A stretch of DNA of 64,000 nucleotides from the NCBI GenBank assembly GCA_951406725.2, contig OX597833.1, positions 27,838,001 through 27,902,000 of the forward strand, written 5' to 3'. This document shows, piece after piece, positions 61,561-64,000 of the stretch. Position numbers and translations under genes: made by a program. Positions within the stretch are counted from its first letter, which is position 1, and each line of letters starts with the position of its first letter. The stretch comes from Octopus vulgaris. Taxonomy: Eukaryota. The notes beneath the pieces were generated by a model that did no database searches, was not told the DNA's origin, and was given only the letters and a program-made list of their open reading frames with translations.

Positions 61561-62330
61561 GGCGGCGAGCTGGCAGAAACGTTAGCACGCCGGGCGAGAT
61601 GCCTGGCGGTATTTCGCCTACCATTACGTTCTGAGTTCCGCCGAGGTCGACTTTGCCTTTCATCCTTTCGGGGTCGATAAATTAAGTGCCAATTACGCAC
61701 TGGGGGTCGATGTAATCAACTTAATACCTTTGTCTGTCCTTGTTTGTCCCCTCTATGTTCAGCCCCTTGTGAGTAATAACGAAATAGGTATTTCGTCTGC
61801 TGCTACGTTCCGAGTTCAAATTCCGCCGAGGTCGACCTTGCCTTTCATCCTTTCGGGGTCGATTAAATATGTACCAGTTACGCACTGGGGTCGATATAAT
61901 CGACATAATCCGTTTGTCTGTCCTTGTTTGTCCCCTCTGTGTTTAGCCCCTTGTGTGTAGTAAAAAATAGGTATTTCGTGTGTCTTTACGTTCTAAGTTC
62001 AAATCCGACCGAGGTCGACTTTGCCTTTAATCTTTTCGGCATCGATGAAATAGATACCAGTTGAGCATTGGGGTCGATGTAATCGACTTATTCTCCTCCT
62101 TTGAACATGTTAGTCTTGTGCCAAAATTTGAAACTATTTTTATTTTTATGAAAGCAGGTTTAGACCGTTGGGCTAAATGTCTTGCAATATGTACTGAGTG
62201 GAAATTCTGCCGAGGTTAACTTTGCTTTTCATGCTTTCGGAAAAGATCAATTAAAATACCAGTCATGAACTGGAGTCCTTGGTATCGACTTATTCTTCTA
62301 CCTCAAATTCACTTGTCTTCTACCTGTATG
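61561..62330 (+). mobile_element. Tandem array of SINE family B units
   Basis: One full head, then units re-starting at ggtatttcgt (~61787, ~61970) and a diverged fourth unit. Confidence 0.88.
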
Positions 62331-62682
62331 AGAAACAATTTTCATCAATACGATCATCATGATCATGATCATCATTACCATAACTATCATCATCATCAGC
62401 AGCAGCAGCAGCAGCATCAACAACGACATCAACAGTGTCATCATCACCTCCATCATCATGGGGTCAACTTTGCTTTTCATCTTTTAGTATCGATTAAATA
62501 TGTAACCAGTCAAATAATGAATTATAGCATTCTCGCAAATTATTAAGTCCTTGATTCTGTATTAAATATCATTATCATTGGCGGCGGTTGTGCTGGTGGT
62601 GGTGGTAGTGGTGGCTGTAATAGGAGGAGGAGGGGATGAGCAGGAGGAGGACGAGGAGCAAAAGCAGCAGCAGTAGTGCTGA

Positions 62683-62747
<65 letters not shown>

Positions 62748-63028
62748 CGTCTTCAATCAAAGTTTGATACATTTAAGAAGAAATCATGTTGATTAATTAG
62801 TAATTTTTAATCAACTTTATTGTTATTTTACTCTAATAAATTCCAACATGATTTAATTAAAATTCATTAAATTTATTTATTTATTTAATTATTTTCAAAA
62901 TTTTCTGTTTCAATAAGATTGACATAGCTTAATTATCTCCCTTCGTTTTAATATTACTGATAACACAGAAAAGGACTTTCACAGATTTGGAGGCGGTGTG
63001 TAATTATATATATACATATGATGTGTGT

Positions 63029-63076
<48 letters not shown>

Positions 63077-63229
63077 ATCTATACAATAATATATATATAT
63101 ATATATATTATATGTATGTATATATGTATGCATATATGTATGTCTGTGTGTTTGTGTGTGTGTATGTATATATGTGTGCATATATGTATGCATATATGTA
63201 TGTGTGTGTGTGTGTATGTAGTCATTCTC

Positions 63230-63435
63230 TCAAATTTTGCCATAAGACCACCACTTTGAGGGGAAAGGGTTACTCGATTAAATCGACCTGCTGCTTGTTA
63301 TTGATACTCTATTCTATCGACTTCGAAAAGATAAAAGGCGACGTTGACCTCGGCGGAATATGCATTCAAAACAGAAAACAGCCGGAAGAAATACTGCTAA
63401 GCATTTCGTCCGACGCGTTAACGACTCTGCCAAGT
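63230..63435 (-). mobile_element. SINE family B, diverged
   Basis: gacctcggcggaat...gctaagcatttcgtccgacgcgttaacgactctgcca. Confidence 0.8.
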
Positions 63436-63848
63436 ATCCACGTTTACATATACGCGCGAACACATTTTCATGCGTAAATGTTTGTATGTAGGGGGACATA
63501 TGTGTCAATGTATGTTTGTATGTAGGGTGACATATGTGTCAATGTATCTCTGGGTTTACGATCAAATGGGGATATCACTGAGTAAAGTAATCAAATGTAA
63601 ATATTTGCTGCAATGTCGATATAAAACTGTTACAGTTGAGAGTTTCTCGACGGTCGCTGATCACGTAACTGATTTCGGTGTTTAAACTTATATTTATAAA
63701 AAAAAACATTTTGATGGGCTTAACTCAATATGAATACAGGAAGAAGAAATAGGAAAAATTAAAGAACATAGATATATAATTATATATAAGAAAAAGAGTA
63801 TATAAATTTGTCCAAGTATAAGTATATTAGATAGAGAGAGAGAGATTA

Positions 63849-63939
<91 letters not shown>

Positions 63940-64000
63940 TGTAGGTAGATAGATATGTAGGTAGATAGATAGATAGGTAGATAGATAGACAGACAGCTAA

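Noticed and set aside
61561-62330. CRISPR-like repeat array
   Set aside because: Eukaryotic SINE units without unique spacers or cas genes.

Overview
This is repeat-saturated animal DNA, either intronic or intergenic. The SINE types and the very high (TA)n/(CA)n/(TATG)n/(GATA)n/(TAA)n load suggest an octopus or other coleoid cephalopod (inference). I recognise no intact host coding exon, and almost every ORF in the track is a microsatellite translation. Supported content: two abundant tRNA-derived SINE families plus minor ones, a decayed mariner transposase (27.3-28.3 kb, minus), mariner/Tc1/pogo MITEs, a non-autonomous Helitron, and the 3' end of an R4/Dong-type LINE in (TAA)n. The most notable signal is a set of short non-coding elements inserted in (TA)n that carry type I hammerhead ribozyme motifs. 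These are complete at 59144-59207 (+), near complete at 40513-40644 (-) and degenerate at several other sites. Several are enclosed by long inverted repeats, which fits Penelope-like or retrozyme-like foldback elements. A TE-poor, motif-rich zone at about 10.4-15.3 kb may be the 5' end of a minus-strand gene. All folds and alignments were done by eye.
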